NCBI GenBank assembly: GCA_001873435.1
Contig: MNZB01000004.1
Coordinates: 158,980-222,979, forward strand
DNA length: 64,000 nt
Direction: 5' to 3'
From: Candidatus Pacebacteria bacterium CG2_30_36_39
GTDB lineage: Bacteria > Patescibacteriota > Microgenomatia > UBA1400 > PJMF01
The position numbers and the translations under genes are program-made. The notes beneath the pieces were generated by a model. It saw only the letters and a program-made list of their open reading frames with translations, did no database searches and was not told the origin of the DNA. Below are positions 9,768-19,090 of this stretch, piece by piece; the first letter of the stretch is position 1, and each line of letters starts with the position of its first letter.

Positions 9768-10706
9768 TCAAAAATTAGTAGGGGTTTTACCTTCAATCAT
9801 TTCCCTACCAAGTAAACCAGTTTGAGCACCAAAATATCTAATTACCGAACCAGCATTTCTAACACCCCATTCCACAGATTTTTTTGGTTCCAAGTGCAAA
9901 TATTGAGCTGCTGAATAACCAGTAGCAAATGCATCACCAGCTCCAGTGTCATCAACTGACTTTGCTGTTGCTCCAAAAAACTTTAATTCTTTATTTCCAT
10001 GAATATATACTTCACCGCCTTCAGCACCCTTGGTAACCACAATTTGAGGAATTTCTTTAATTAAATCAGCTTGCTGATCTTTTACCAAATCCCATTCTTT
10101 ACTATTCAAAAACAAAACCATACAAGGAAGCTCACTGACCTTTAACTCACCACTAGCCAACAATGCCAATTCTTGCTTGCCCGGATTCCAAGATAAAACA
10201 GTCTCTGGATGAATCTTTACTAATTCAAAAATTCTACGCAAAGCCTCCAATCTTCCAGCAATACTAGAGAGATGGATCCAACGAGCTTGGGAAACCCAAT
10301 ATGGAGGAATATCATAGGAATCCAGCTGAGAAGCTGCTCCTCGATGAACTAGAACTGTTCTACTACCATTTTTATCAACCAAAATTACTGAGCCACCAGT
10401 TGTTTCTTGTTTTTCTTTAACTAAAAGCTGGGTATCAACTTGCTCTTTTTGCAAATTACGTACAATCATTTCTGCAAAATCATCCCTACCAATTTCACTA
10501 ATCAAAGCTGCTTTAAAACCTAATCTAGAAAAACCAACAGCAGAATTAGCTGCTCCACCACCAATCCTAGAAACAAAACTTTCCATTTCAACTTTATCAC
10601 CCTGAATAGTAAATCTATTTTCACCATTGAGATTTTCAACATCAAATTTTTCAGAATGAATAAATATATCAACCAAAGAAGAACCAATAGAAATGAAGTC
10701 GTACAT
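9768..10706 (-). CDS. PfkB-family carbohydrate/nucleoside kinase (ribokinase-like)
   Basis: GGGAANSAVG and DTGAGDAFATG motifs of the ribokinase/PfkB family. Confidence 0.8.
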   Translation of the reverse strand: MYDFISIGSSLVDIFIHSEKFDVENLNGENRFTIQGDKVEMESFVSRIGGGAANSAVGFSRLGFKAALISEIGRDDFAEMIVRNLQKEQVDTQLLVKEKQETTGGSVILVDKNGSRTVLVHRGAASQLDSYDIPPYWVSQARWIHLSSIAGRLEALRRIFELVKIHPETVLSWNPGKQELALLASGELKVSELPCMVLFLNSKEWDLVKDQQADLIKEIPQIVVTKGAEGGEVYIHGNKELKFFGATAKSVDDTGAGDAFATGYSAAQYLHLEPKKSVEWGVRNAGSVIRYFGAQTGLLGREMIEGKTPTNF

Positions 10707-10718
10707 ATTTAAAATAGT

Positions 10719-11354
10719 TTACTCTGATTCGGTTTGACGAGGCAACCTACAACGAGTAGCCAGTTCTGACTCAAACTCATTCAATGCCTCAATTAATTCT
10801 TGTTCATCTCGAGCAATTTTATAAACTTCATGCTCCTTTTCTCCAATAAAAAAATTCTCACTAATTACTCGCATTACCTCATGCCAAAAATCACCATATA
10901 AAATCATGGGTTTATGATTACCATAATATAAATGACCAAGTAGCCAAGCAGTAGCCCATTCACTCAAAGTACCAGTTCCACCCTGAACACATATAAAAGC
11001 ATCAGATTGATCCATCAAACCAAACATACGCTCAATATAATTAGTTGCTTTAATTTCTTTGTCTGGCTTATTCTCCCCATCAGCACCCTCAAACTCTGGC
11101 ATATCTTTTGGGTTTAGAGTTACTGTTAAAGTCTTACCGCCAACTGACTGAGCTCCAAGTGTTGCAGCCAGCATTGTTCCTGGACCACCACCATCTACAA
11201 CTACTTTCCCGTTATATGCTAAAAAACGAGCTATTTTGAAAGTTTCTTGATAAAGAGGGTGCATCTCATCAACATCAGCGCTACCAAAAATTGCCACCTT
11301 TTTAATCGTACAAGTTGTTTTAATATGAGGAATAGTCAGATTACTTTTGATCAT
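10719..11354 (-). CDS. LOG-family protein (nucleotide 5'-monophosphate nucleosidase / TIGR00730-like)
   Basis: VAIFGSA...GGGPGTM...GGTGTLSEW motifs characteristic of the LOG / lysine-decarboxylase-like family. Confidence 0.75.
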   Translation of the reverse strand: MIKSNLTIPHIKTTCTIKKVAIFGSADVDEMHPLYQETFKIARFLAYNGKVVVDGGGPGTMLAATLGAQSVGGKTLTVTLNPKDMPEFEGADGENKPDKEIKATNYIERMFGLMDQSDAFICVQGGTGTLSEWATAWLLGHLYYGNHKPMILYGDFWHEVMRVISENFFIGEKEHEVYKIARDEQELIEALNEFESELATRCRLPRQTESE

Positions 11355-11378
11355 GAATTTATGGTAACAGATTTTTAG

Positions 11379-12053
11379 CTACTCACCTAGTTGAAGGTAA
11401 TGAGAATATTGTTCACAGAAATCAGAAGCTTGCCAAAGAGTACTACCAATAGCAAAAGAACTAATACCTAATTTAATTATTTGTGGCAAATATTCTTCTG
11501 TTACACCACCGTCAAAGATTATTTCTGGAAAATTTTCTTGCTGACGCTCTAAACGGTGAATTTGAAAAAAATCCTCAATTTTTTCGAAAACAAAAGGCAC
11601 TAACTTTTCTTCCTGAAAACCCGCTTGAATACCCATAAATTGCACAATATCTAATTGATTCACAATACCTTCATCCAGAGCCTCCAAGTCAGTATAGGCA
11701 TCAAGAGACAAACCAACTTTTAAATCCATTTTCTTAACCTCTGTCACAAAATCCTGCTGATAAGTCATGCGTTCAACCTGAGCAATAATTGCTCTTAAAG
11801 GCAAATGTTCTCTAACCGTGGCTATTTCCAAAATGGTATCCATTGGTTCTTCCACCATTAAATGCAAATCTAACTCCAAATCACCAAAATCAATTTCCAA
11901 TAAATTATGTGGAGAAGCAGTAATATTATCTGCAAAAAAACCATCAATGATATCAATCTGCACAATCTCAACATCTGGACAAGACTTTGCTTTGTCTACT
12001 TGTTGCTGGATTGTTTCTAAGGAATCAGTTAAAACTGCTGGATAAATTTTCAT
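11379..12053 (-). CDS. rpe: ribulose-phosphate 3-epimerase-like TIM-barrel protein (divergent)
   Basis: IYPAVLTDSL...VQIDIIDGFFADNIT...DLHLMV...FDGGV parallels Rpe (HFDVMDNHYVPN...DVHLMV...VDGGV). The first metal-ligand His appears replaced by Gln. Confidence 0.6.
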   Translation of the reverse strand: MKIYPAVLTDSLETIQQQVDKAKSCPDVEIVQIDIIDGFFADNITASPHNLLEIDFGDLELDLHLMVEEPMDTILEIATVREHLPLRAIIAQVERMTYQQDFVTEVKKMDLKVGLSLDAYTDLEALDEGIVNQLDIVQFMGIQAGFQEEKLVPFVFEKIEDFFQIHRLERQQENFPEIIFDGGVTEEYLPQIIKLGISSFAIGSTLWQASDFCEQYSHYLQLGE

Positions 12054-12505
12054 GACATTTCCTCTTCATAATTTGCAATTTGACCAATACGCCTAGCATG
12101 GCGAGATTCACCTGAAAATGGAGTATTTAGAAAAGCCTCAACAATCTTTTTAGCTTTTTCTGTAGAAGCAACAAAATCTGCCCCAAGAACTAAAATTTGG
12201 GCATCATTATCTGTTTTAGCATGACTAGCTTCTTTTTCATCAGAAGCAGCTACTGCTCTTATTCCCTTCACCTTATTTGCAGCGATAGTAGCTCCACCTC
12301 CAGATCGACATATTAGAATGCCAACCGAATTGGCTTCTTGCTGAACTTTTTCCGCCACATTAAAACTTATTTCTGGATAATCATCTCCTGGATCTAAAAA
12401 ATCAGCACCACAATCTTCTACAAGATGTTTCTTTTCTTTAAGAAAAGAAATTAGAGTATTTTTTAAATCATAGCCACCGTGATCGGCGCCAATAAATATT
12501 TTCAT
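12050..12505 (-). CDS. rpiB: ribose-5-phosphate isomerase B
   Basis: MKIFIGADHGGYDLK...ICRSGGGATIAANK, typical RpiB/LacAB. Confidence 0.85.
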   Translation of the reverse strand: MKIFIGADHGGYDLKNTLISFLKEKKHLVEDCGADFLDPGDDYPEISFNVAEKVQQEANSVGILICRSGGGATIAANKVKGIRAVAASDEKEASHAKTDNDAQILVLGADFVASTEKAKKIVEAFLNTPFSGESRHARRIGQIANYEEEMS

Positions 12506-12810
12506 AGGCCAAGCTCCAATCTTACTTCTTCTGACATCATATCAGGCACCCAAGGGGGATCAAAGGTTAGAACTATTTCCACATCTTGTTCAACATCATC
12601 AACTATACCAAACATACTTTGACGAACCATATCATCAATGATTGGTGCCAAAGGACATCCTGGAGAAGTTAAAGTCATGGTAATTTTGACTTTTTCAGCT
12701 TTTTTGAGTTCTATTTTATAAATCAAACCCAAACTCACAATATCAACCTGTAATTCAGGGTCTATTACTGTTGCTAATGCTTGACGAATTATTTCTTCAG
12801 TTAAAACCAT
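12502..12810 (-). CDS. DUF59/MIP18-family Fe-S cluster assembly protein (SufT-like)
   Basis: ALATVIDPEL...DIVSLGLIY...TLTSPGCP motif. Confidence 0.7.
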   Translation of the reverse strand: MVLTEEIIRQALATVIDPELQVDIVSLGLIYKIELKKAEKVKITMTLTSPGCPLAPIIDDMVRQSMFGIVDDVEQDVEIVLTFDPPWVPDMMSEEVRLELGL

Positions 12811-12864
12811 ATTTCTTGCATTATAACTGCTGTTTTAGATAAAACTGGTAAGAGATCACACAAT

Positions 12865-12907
12865 AAAAAACCCTCCCCCGCTGAGAAATTATCCCAACGA
12901 GGGAGGG
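12865..12907 (-). terminator. rho-independent terminator
   Basis: On the minus strand, ccctccctcg...cgggggaggg stem (10 bp, 1 mismatch) followed by TTTTTTATT, just downstream of the 67-aa gene stop. Confidence 0.6.
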
Positions 12908-12931
12908 TTCTACTTTTCAAAAGTTGAAAGC

Positions 12932-13135
12932 CTAGCTTTTCTTCAAAACAGGCATTCCAGTTCTCTTGGTTTCGACCACGCTGTAACCAGCTGGTACGGC
13001 TGCCAAAGAACCATCACGGACATCTCGAGCAAAGAAATAAATTCTTTGAACGCGGCCGTTCTTCAAGGTTACCTCACGAGTGTGGAGGTAGTAGGTTTGA
13101 CCCTTGGAGTTAGTGTAACTGTAGGCGTCTGCCAT
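12932..13135 (-). CDS. hypothetical small protein (67 aa) with elevated-GC codon usage
   Basis: ORF MADAYSYTNSKGQTYYLHTREVTLKNGRVQRIYFFARD... AAGGAG Shine-Dalgarno 7 nt upstream. Own terminator. GC clearly above flanking genes. Confidence 0.5.
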   Translation of the reverse strand: MADAYSYTNSKGQTYYLHTREVTLKNGRVQRIYFFARDVRDGSLAAVPAGYSVVETKRTGMPVLKKS

Positions 13136-13233
13136 AGTTTATGCTCCTTCTTTCTGACCCGAGTGCTCTCGAGGTCTCTAACTACTTATTACAGATTAAC
13201 ACACCTGGCGTCTGAATCAAGACGCAGTTCAGG

Positions 13234-13737
13234 TTATTCTTGCTCGCTGATCATGCCTTTTAGCAATATTTCCTCGAGTTGTGCATCATCGTTCATTTCT
13301 TTACTAACAATGATTTCGAATGGCAAAGTACTAGAACTAATGGAAGCTGAGCCAACATAACCACCCTTACTGTATTCCAAAACCATGGCTTTACGCTTAC
13401 CTTCGCTGTCAGTTTCTTTTAACCAAACTTGATATTTGCCAGTAGAAAGTTTTGGCAAAACAGCGGAAACAGTAAATGAAACCTTACCATCTTTGACCTC
13501 ATAACGTACTTCACCTAAATCAGCACCTGCTCCTTCTAAGTTCTCAGTTTTAAAATCTTTAGTTCCCTTCAAGAAACCAGTTGCTTCTGCTGGTTCTAAG
13601 TTTTCAATCTTAACGCCATCACTAAGAAGAGAGGTCATACCTTCTCTTTGAGTTCGTAAGTTATACCAACGAAATAATAAGAAAAATACAAATAAAAGCG
13701 CTGCAGCAGGAAAAATATATGGATAAAATTTTTTCAT
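13234..13737 (-). CDS. hypothetical membrane-anchored protein
   Basis: N-terminal hydrophobic anchor AAALLFVFFLLF followed by a hydrophilic domain. No motif recognised. Confidence 0.45.
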   Translation of the reverse strand: MKKFYPYIFPAAALLFVFFLLFRWYNLRTQREGMTSLLSDGVKIENLEPAEATGFLKGTKDFKTENLEGAGADLGEVRYEVKDGKVSFTVSAVLPKLSTGKYQVWLKETDSEGKRKAMVLEYSKGGYVGSASISSSTLPFEIIVSKEMNDDAQLEEILLKGMISEQE

Positions 13738-13905
13738 AGAGGCCCCTCCCAGGCTCTTATATTGTTGTTAAAGCTCAACAAGACAAATATAAACATAATA
13801 ATTAATGTTGAGGGGCAGGTAATTCAACTGATCTAATTAGTTTTATAAATAATCTGTATCAGTTCGATACTATTTTGCACGAGAAATAACAGGAGTCAAG
13901 ATCAT

Positions 13906-14166
13906 TTACTTTGAGATTATGGGCCAGACCTGGTCACCAGACTCATTATCAACCACAATCACAGCAGCAGTGGGACAACTTTGAGCAGCCAAAAGCTTAG
14001 TTTCATCATCGTTGCCCTGTTGAGAAATTATGCGAGCAATTTGCTCCTCATCAAGTTCAAAAACACCAGGAGCAATTGCTGTACAACTGGCAGCACCAAT
14101 ACATTTTTCTCTAATAATCTTCACTGTATATTTACCAATTTTTTTATCAGTCATTTCACCTTTCAA
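13906..14166 (-). CDS. small single-cluster ferredoxin
   Basis: KCIGAASCTAIAP ... AAQSCPTAAI: Cys spacing like the monocluster ferredoxins of Thermotoga/Pyrococcus type. Confidence 0.6.
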   Translation of the reverse strand: MKGEMTDKKIGKYTVKIIREKCIGAASCTAIAPGVFELDEEQIARIISQQGNDDETKLLAAQSCPTAAVIVVDNESGDQVWPIISK

Positions 14167-14172
14167 AAAAAA

Positions 14173-14895
14173 CTAATAAAACTTTTCGTGATGGATTGCT
14201 GTTTCAGCAATTCCCTTATTGATTAGTAATTCTTTGATTTCTTGAATCATTTTGGCATTACCACAAAGATAATATCCAGTATTACCGGTTGGTAAAGTAT
14301 GAATATTTAAACAATCATTAACATGCCCTCGACACAAAGGCCACTCCTGAAGAGCTTGCGATAAAACTGGATGAAAATGGAAATTAGGAAATGCCTGAGC
14401 CAAATCCTGAAATTCATCTTGCCAAATCATATCTTCTTCATGTCTTAACCCCCAATAAAGAGTAATTTCTCTTTTATCTTCTTTCTCCCTCAACAAATTA
14501 GGAATCATGCTATGAAAAGGAGCAACTCCAGAGCCAGTAGCAACAAAAACCAAATTTTCTTCTCTTGGTTCTTCCTGAACTATAAAAACTCCCATTGGAC
14601 CTAAAACTTGAACTTCTTGACCAAACTGCAAATTTTTCAAAAAATTCACCCCTAAACCCTCTGGCGTAGTATCAACAGTGATCTCAAAACTATGCTTAAC
14701 CTCAGGTGAACTACAAATAGAGTATGATCTACGCTCTCCTTTGTCTGAAACTAAAAAAGAAACATATTGACCAGCAATGAATTCTAATAAATTTGGCTCC
14801 ACTAACTCAAACTGAAATTTAATAAATTTACCATTTAAAGGTTCTGTATCTGCTAATTTAGCGACGTATTGTTTTGGTGGTGGTAACTGTTGCAT
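14173..14895 (-). CDS. FNR-family FAD/NAD(P)-binding oxidoreductase (ferredoxin-NADP reductase-like)
   Basis: RRSYSICS (RxYS FAD motif), FVATGSGVAPF NAD(P)-binding glycine motif. About 240 aa. Confidence 0.75.
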   Translation of the reverse strand: MQQLPPPKQYVAKLADTEPLNGKFIKFQFELVEPNLLEFIAGQYVSFLVSDKGERRSYSICSSPEVKHSFEITVDTTPEGLGVNFLKNLQFGQEVQVLGPMGVFIVQEEPREENLVFVATGSGVAPFHSMIPNLLREKEDKREITLYWGLRHEEDMIWQDEFQDLAQAFPNFHFHPVLSQALQEWPLCRGHVNDCLNIHTLPTGNTGYYLCGNAKMIQEIKELLINKGIAETAIHHEKFY

Positions 14896-14912
14896 AAAAT
14901 ATTTTCCTAAAC

Positions 14913-15482
14913 TTATTTTTTTACTTTAAAAAGCTGTTGAGCAGATTCTCGACCATACCAAATACCCAAAGCCAACTTAATAATACCTTGATATTCTTCC
15001 GTACGATCAACAAATCCATTTGTTAAGATACCAATTAAACCTTCTTGTTGTTTAATTAAGTTAATATTTTTCTCGCCAATTAAATAAGCTACTGCATGAC
15101 CCATTTCAACTTTTTGACGAATTTGTTCAGCAACCGCATCTGGAACTTTAAAACGAGCTCCAGCAGAAAAACAAACATTATCTTGCTGATCCACTACCGC
15201 AGCCCAAACCGTTGACCACATTTCATTACCATAATCAACAACACCACCCTCCATACCAACTCCAATAGCTGAAGAATCAGAAATCTCAATTAATCCAGTT
15301 TTTAATGCTTCTTTTGCTCGATTGAAAGCACCTTGTTTTGTTTCCTCATCACTCATTGGTTGAGCACCAACACCACTTTTAACCTCAAGTCCCTTTACTA
15401 TTACATCTGGCCAAGTCTCAATTGCAGCAGCAAGTACTGCATTAACCTTAACTGGATTAGCTGAGCCAACAAAAATTTTCAT
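14913..15482 (-). CDS. yjjX: inosine/xanthosine triphosphatase, YjjX family
   Basis: MKIFVGSANPVKVNAVLAA...SGVGAQPMSDEETKQGAFNRAKEAL parallels E. coli YjjX (TTNPAKIQAI...[20 protein letters not shown]). Confidence 0.7.
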   Translation of the reverse strand: MKIFVGSANPVKVNAVLAAAIETWPDVIVKGLEVKSGVGAQPMSDEETKQGAFNRAKEALKTGLIEISDSSAIGVGMEGGVVDYGNEMWSTVWAAVVDQQDNVCFSAGARFKVPDAVAEQIRQKVEMGHAVAYLIGEKNINLIKQQEGLIGILTNGFVDRTEEYQGIIKLALGIWYGRESAQQLFKVKK

Positions 15483-15865
15483 TATTTATTTTCCCAATTC
15501 ATAATTGCTTTTTTTACAGCCATTAAACCCATCGTAAAACACTTTTCTCTTCCCGCGGCTATATCTTCCATACCAAAAAAAGGTAATAGATCTTGCTTTT
15601 GCCAAGTTTTAACCAAATCCAAATCAGCACCAATTAATTTATCCGAAAGTAAACTCATACTGGTTTGACTCACTGAACAACCCTTACCTGACCATTTAAC
15701 ATCATCAATAGTTTTTTTATCTTCAGATAACTTTAAAGTAATAGTTACTTGATCTCCACAAGATGAATTGGTTTCCATATGTTCAATGTCTGGATTAACC
15801 AAAGCACCCTGGTTTCGTGGCTCTCTATACTCAGCAATCAATGCTTCTTGATAAAAATCACTCAT
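15482..15865 (-). CDS. sufU: SUF Fe-S scaffold protein SufU/IscU-like
   Basis: NSSCGDQVTITL ... GKGCSVSQTSMS motifs. Confidence 0.8.
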   Translation of the reverse strand: MSDFYQEALIAEYREPRNQGALVNPDIEHMETNSSCGDQVTITLKLSEDKKTIDDVKWSGKGCSVSQTSMSLLSDKLIGADLDLVKTWQKQDLLPFFGMEDIAAGREKCFTMGLMAVKKAIMNWENK

Positions 15866-17130
15866 TAATTCCTCCCAAAAATCTTCAATACCTTATCAAA
15901 AGCTTTAACAAGAACATCAATTTCTTCTTTAGTAGAATAAACATTAAAACTAGCTCTCGTAGTTGCTTGCCAACCACAAGCAATATGTAAAGGCATAGTG
16001 CAATGATTACCAGATCTAACTGCTACTCCTTCACTATCTAAAATTTGAGCTAAATCATGGGCATGAACCTCATCATGAACAAAAGCTACTGAACCCAATC
16101 TGTTTGGTATACCATCTTCATCTAAAGCTGGTTGCAAACCAATTACCGTTAAACCTGGAATTTTAGACAGTTTTTCATAGGCATACTGAACCAAAGAAAA
16201 ATCATGCATCATCACTTCAGTCATATTCAATTTAGCCAAATATTCACAAGCTACCGCCAAACCTCTAACTGAAGCCACATCTGGTGTACCCGCAGTATAT
16301 CGATCAGCCAAATCGTCGCTATAAGTAGCATCTAATTCATGAACTTGATTAATCATGCCACCGCCAAAAAGCCATGGCTGCATTTCATTTGCCAACAGCA
16401 TTGATTTTCTAACTAATAATCCGCCAACACCCATGGGAGCTAGCATTTTATGACCACTAAAAACTAGAAAATCAACATTGAGAGCATGAAAATTAAGCGG
16501 CATATGAGGAACTGATTGAGCAGCATCAAGTAAAACCCTAGATTCTGGAGCTAGTTTACGCACTAATGACACAATTTTTTTAACAGGATTAACTGTTCCA
16601 AGAGTATTAGAAACATGACCAAAAGCCACTAATTTGACTGATCCTTGCTCAAGTATCTCCTCTAATTGAGTTAGATTTAAAATTGATTCATTTTTTAAAC
16701 CAACTACTTTTAGAGTTGCACCAGTTCTTTTACACAATTCTTGCCAAACAACCAAATTAGCATGATGCTCCATAGCAGTACTAACAATTACATCTCCAGC
16801 TTTAAGTTGATGATCTCCCCAACCATATGCCACACCATTAATCGCCTCGGTGGTGTTGCGAGTGATAATTAATTCTTCTGCAGCAGCACCAAGAAATTGG
16901 GCAATGGTTTCTCTGCTATCATCCCAAACTTGAGTACTACGATCAGATAATTTATGAACGCCACGATGTACATTGGCTGTATTGTGTTGGTAATATTCAG
17001 TGATTGCTTCAATTACTTGATTTGGTTTCTGAGAAGTAGCAGCACTATCAAGATATACCAGGGGTAAACTTTGATGAACAGTTTCATTAAGAATGGGAAA
17101 GTCCTCGCGGACTGTTTTTGAGTCAAACAT
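15865..17130 (-). CDS. sufS: cysteine desulfurase SufS (class V aminotransferase)
   Basis: SGHKMLAPMGVGGL PLP-lysine motif. Length and context in the suf cluster. Confidence 0.9.
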   Translation of the reverse strand: MFDSKTVREDFPILNETVHQSLPLVYLDSAATSQKPNQVIEAITEYYQHNTANVHRGVHKLSDRSTQVWDDSRETIAQFLGAAAEELIITRNTTEAINGVAYGWGDHQLKAGDVIVSTAMEHHANLVVWQELCKRTGATLKVVGLKNESILNLTQLEEILEQGSVKLVAFGHVSNTLGTVNPVKKIVSLVRKLAPESRVLLDAAQSVPHMPLNFHALNVDFLVFSGHKMLAPMGVGGLLVRKSMLLANEMQPWLFGGGMINQVHELDATYSDDLADRYTAGTPDVASVRGLAVACEYLAKLNMTEVMMHDFSLVQYAYEKLSKIPGLTVIGLQPALDEDGIPNRLGSVAFVHDEVHAHDLAQILDSEGVAVRSGNHCTMPLHIACGWQATTRASFNVYSTKEEIDVLVKAFDKVLKIFGRN

Positions 17131-17149
17131 AACTGTGATTGTAACAAAC

Positions 17150-17635
17150 TTATATCGTTAAAAACCCCTCGACAATCATTTCTTCAGCAGTTTTCTTTTT
17201 TATGCCTCGAGATTGCAGATAAAAAAGATGTTCTTCTGGGATGCTACTAATACTGGCAGCATGAGAACATTTCACATCATCGGTTTTAATTTCCAAATCA
17301 GGAACTGTTTCTGCCTTGGCTTGCTCTGAAAGCAATAAAACTCTCTCTGTTAAAAATGACTGGGTATCACCACATTTTTCATTAATAATAATCTTCCCTT
17401 TGAGTTGCAAAAATGATTGATCTGATGCAACACCTTTGAGTATTGTATTGGCCTGAGTATGAGCAGCTTGATGATGAATTATGACTTCAATTTTTTTCTG
17501 CTCAGTTTTTTGACTACGAAAAACCCCAGTTATCTCAACTGAAGAACCTGATCCAACCAATTCAATTAAATATTGACCTGGTTTAGTAAGCTTAATTTCT
17601 TGATGCTGATCTTTTAAGATTTTGAAGGTTTTCAT
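17150..17635 (-). CDS. sufD: minimal SufD-like protein (C-terminal beta-helix portion only)
   Basis: 161 aa, resembles the SufB/SufD C-terminal region (EEHLFYLQSRGI). Sits between sufB and sufS. Confidence 0.55.
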   Translation of the reverse strand: MKTFKILKDQHQEIKLTKPGQYLIELVGSGSSVEITGVFRSQKTEQKKIEVIIHHQAAHTQANTILKGVASDQSFLQLKGKIIINEKCGDTQSFLTERVLLLSEQAKAETVPDLEIKTDDVKCSHAASISSIPEEHLFYLQSRGIKKKTAEEMIVEGFLTI

Positions 17636-19090
17636 TTAACCAATTGAACCTTCCATTTCAAAATCAATTAAACGATTCATTTCCACTGCATATTCCAAAG
17701 GCAATTTTTTAACTAAATCAGCAATAAAACCATTCACAATCATTTTACGAGCATCTTCCTCAGACACACCCCTGCTCATTAAATAAAAAAGTTGATCATC
17801 ACCGATCTTAGAAACAGTAGCCTCATGTTGAATTTCAACCTGATTATTAAAAACTTTTTCAATTGGATAAGTGTCAGATCGAGATAAATCATCAAGTAAT
17901 AGGGCGTCACAAACTACCGTGTTTTTACTATGATGAGCCTGAGGTGAAATATGAACCATGCCGCGATAGCTAGCTCTGCCTCCACTCTTACTAATAGATT
18001 TGGAAATAATAGTTGAAGAAGTATATGGAGCCAAATGAACTGCTTTGGCACCAGTATCTTGATGTTGACCAGCTCCAGCCAAAGCCATAGAAAGTACTTC
18101 TCCCTTTGCTCCTTTACCAGCCAAAACAAAACCTGGATATTTCATGGTTACTTTTGAACCCATATTGAAGTCTGTCCAAACCATCTTTCCCTCTTCGTGA
18201 ACATAAGCTCTTTTGGTTACCAAGTTATAGATATTCTTATACCAATTTTGAACCGTGGTGTACTGACAAGTAGCTCCTTTTTTAATCACAATTTCCACTA
18301 CAGCCGAATGTAAAGAAGTCGAAGAAAACTGAGGAGCAGTGCAACCCTCAACATAGTGAACTGAAGCTCCTTCATCAACAATAATTAGGGTTCTTTCAAA
18401 TTGACCAAAAGCCTCAGAGTTAATACGAAAATATGTTTGCAAAGGCATTTTGACATGCACTCCTGGTGGAATATAAACAAAGGAACCACCAGACCAAACA
18501 GCAGTATTAAGAGCCGAATATTTATTATCACCACTTGCAATTACTTTGCCAAAATATTCTTTAATTAAATCTGGATAATTGGCTAATCCCTCATCCATTG
18601 AAAGAAAAATTACACCATCTTTTTCCCAGGTTTTTTTTAAAGACCCATAAACAACTTCGCTATCATATTGGGCTTTTACTCCAGCCAAATACTCTCGCTC
18701 TGCCTCTGGCACACCAATCCGATCAAAAGTTTCCTTAACCTCCGGAGGAACATCCTCCCATGATTTTGCTTGATTATCGGTTGGCTTGAGGTAATATGAC
18801 AAATCAGCAAAAGTTAAACCAGTTAAATCTGCACCCCAAAGAGGATTTCTTTTTTGTTCAAATTCAGCAAAACCCTGAAGACGATTATTCAGCATCCATG
18901 CTGGTTCATTTTTCATTGCAGAAATTTGCTTGACTACCTCAACATTTAAACCCTTGTCTGCTTGAAAACTATAATCTTGAGTACCAAAAGAATACCCATG
19001 TTCGTAGGTTTCATTAACAAAATCTGCTCCTGGTTTGGAAGTTTTTTTAGCTGCGAATCTGGCCATATCCAGTTTTTTCCAATTCTGCAA
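17636..19090 (-). CDS. sufB: Fe-S cluster assembly protein SufB
   Basis: Conserved SufB core (FYLMSRGVSEEDARKMIVNGF). The listed start overlaps sufC by 44 nt. The true start is probably an internal Met. Confidence 0.9.
   Translation of the reverse strand: MQNWKKLDMARFAAKKTSKPGADFVNETYEHGYSFGTQDYSFQADKGLNVEVVKQISAMKNEPAWMLNNRLQGFAEFEQKRNPLWGADLTGLTFADLSYYLKPTDNQAKSWEDVPPEVKETFDRIGVPEAEREYLAGVKAQYDSEVVYGSLKKTWEKDGVIFLSMDEGLANYPDLIKEYFGKVIASGDNKYSALNTAVWSGGSFVYIPPGVHVKMPLQTYFRINSEAFGQFERTLIIVDEGASVHYVEGCTAPQFSSTSLHSAVVEIVIKKGATCQYTTVQNWYKNIYNLVTKRAYVHEEGKMVWTDFNMGSKVTMKYPGFVLAGKGAKGEVLSMALAGAGQHQDTGAKAVHLAPYTSSTIISKSISKSGGRASYRGMVHISPQAHHSKNTVVCDALLLDDLSRSDTYPIEKVFNNQVEIQHEATVSKIGDDQLFYLMSRGVSEEDARKMIVNGFIADLVKKLPLEYAVEMNRLIDFEMEGSIG

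Noticed and set aside
13738-13905. Distant GC-rich inverted repeat (gcccctc ... gaggggc, 60 nt apart) downstream of the ferredoxin gene
   Set aside because: The arms are too far apart, there is no U-tract, and there is no supporting feature. Probably chance.
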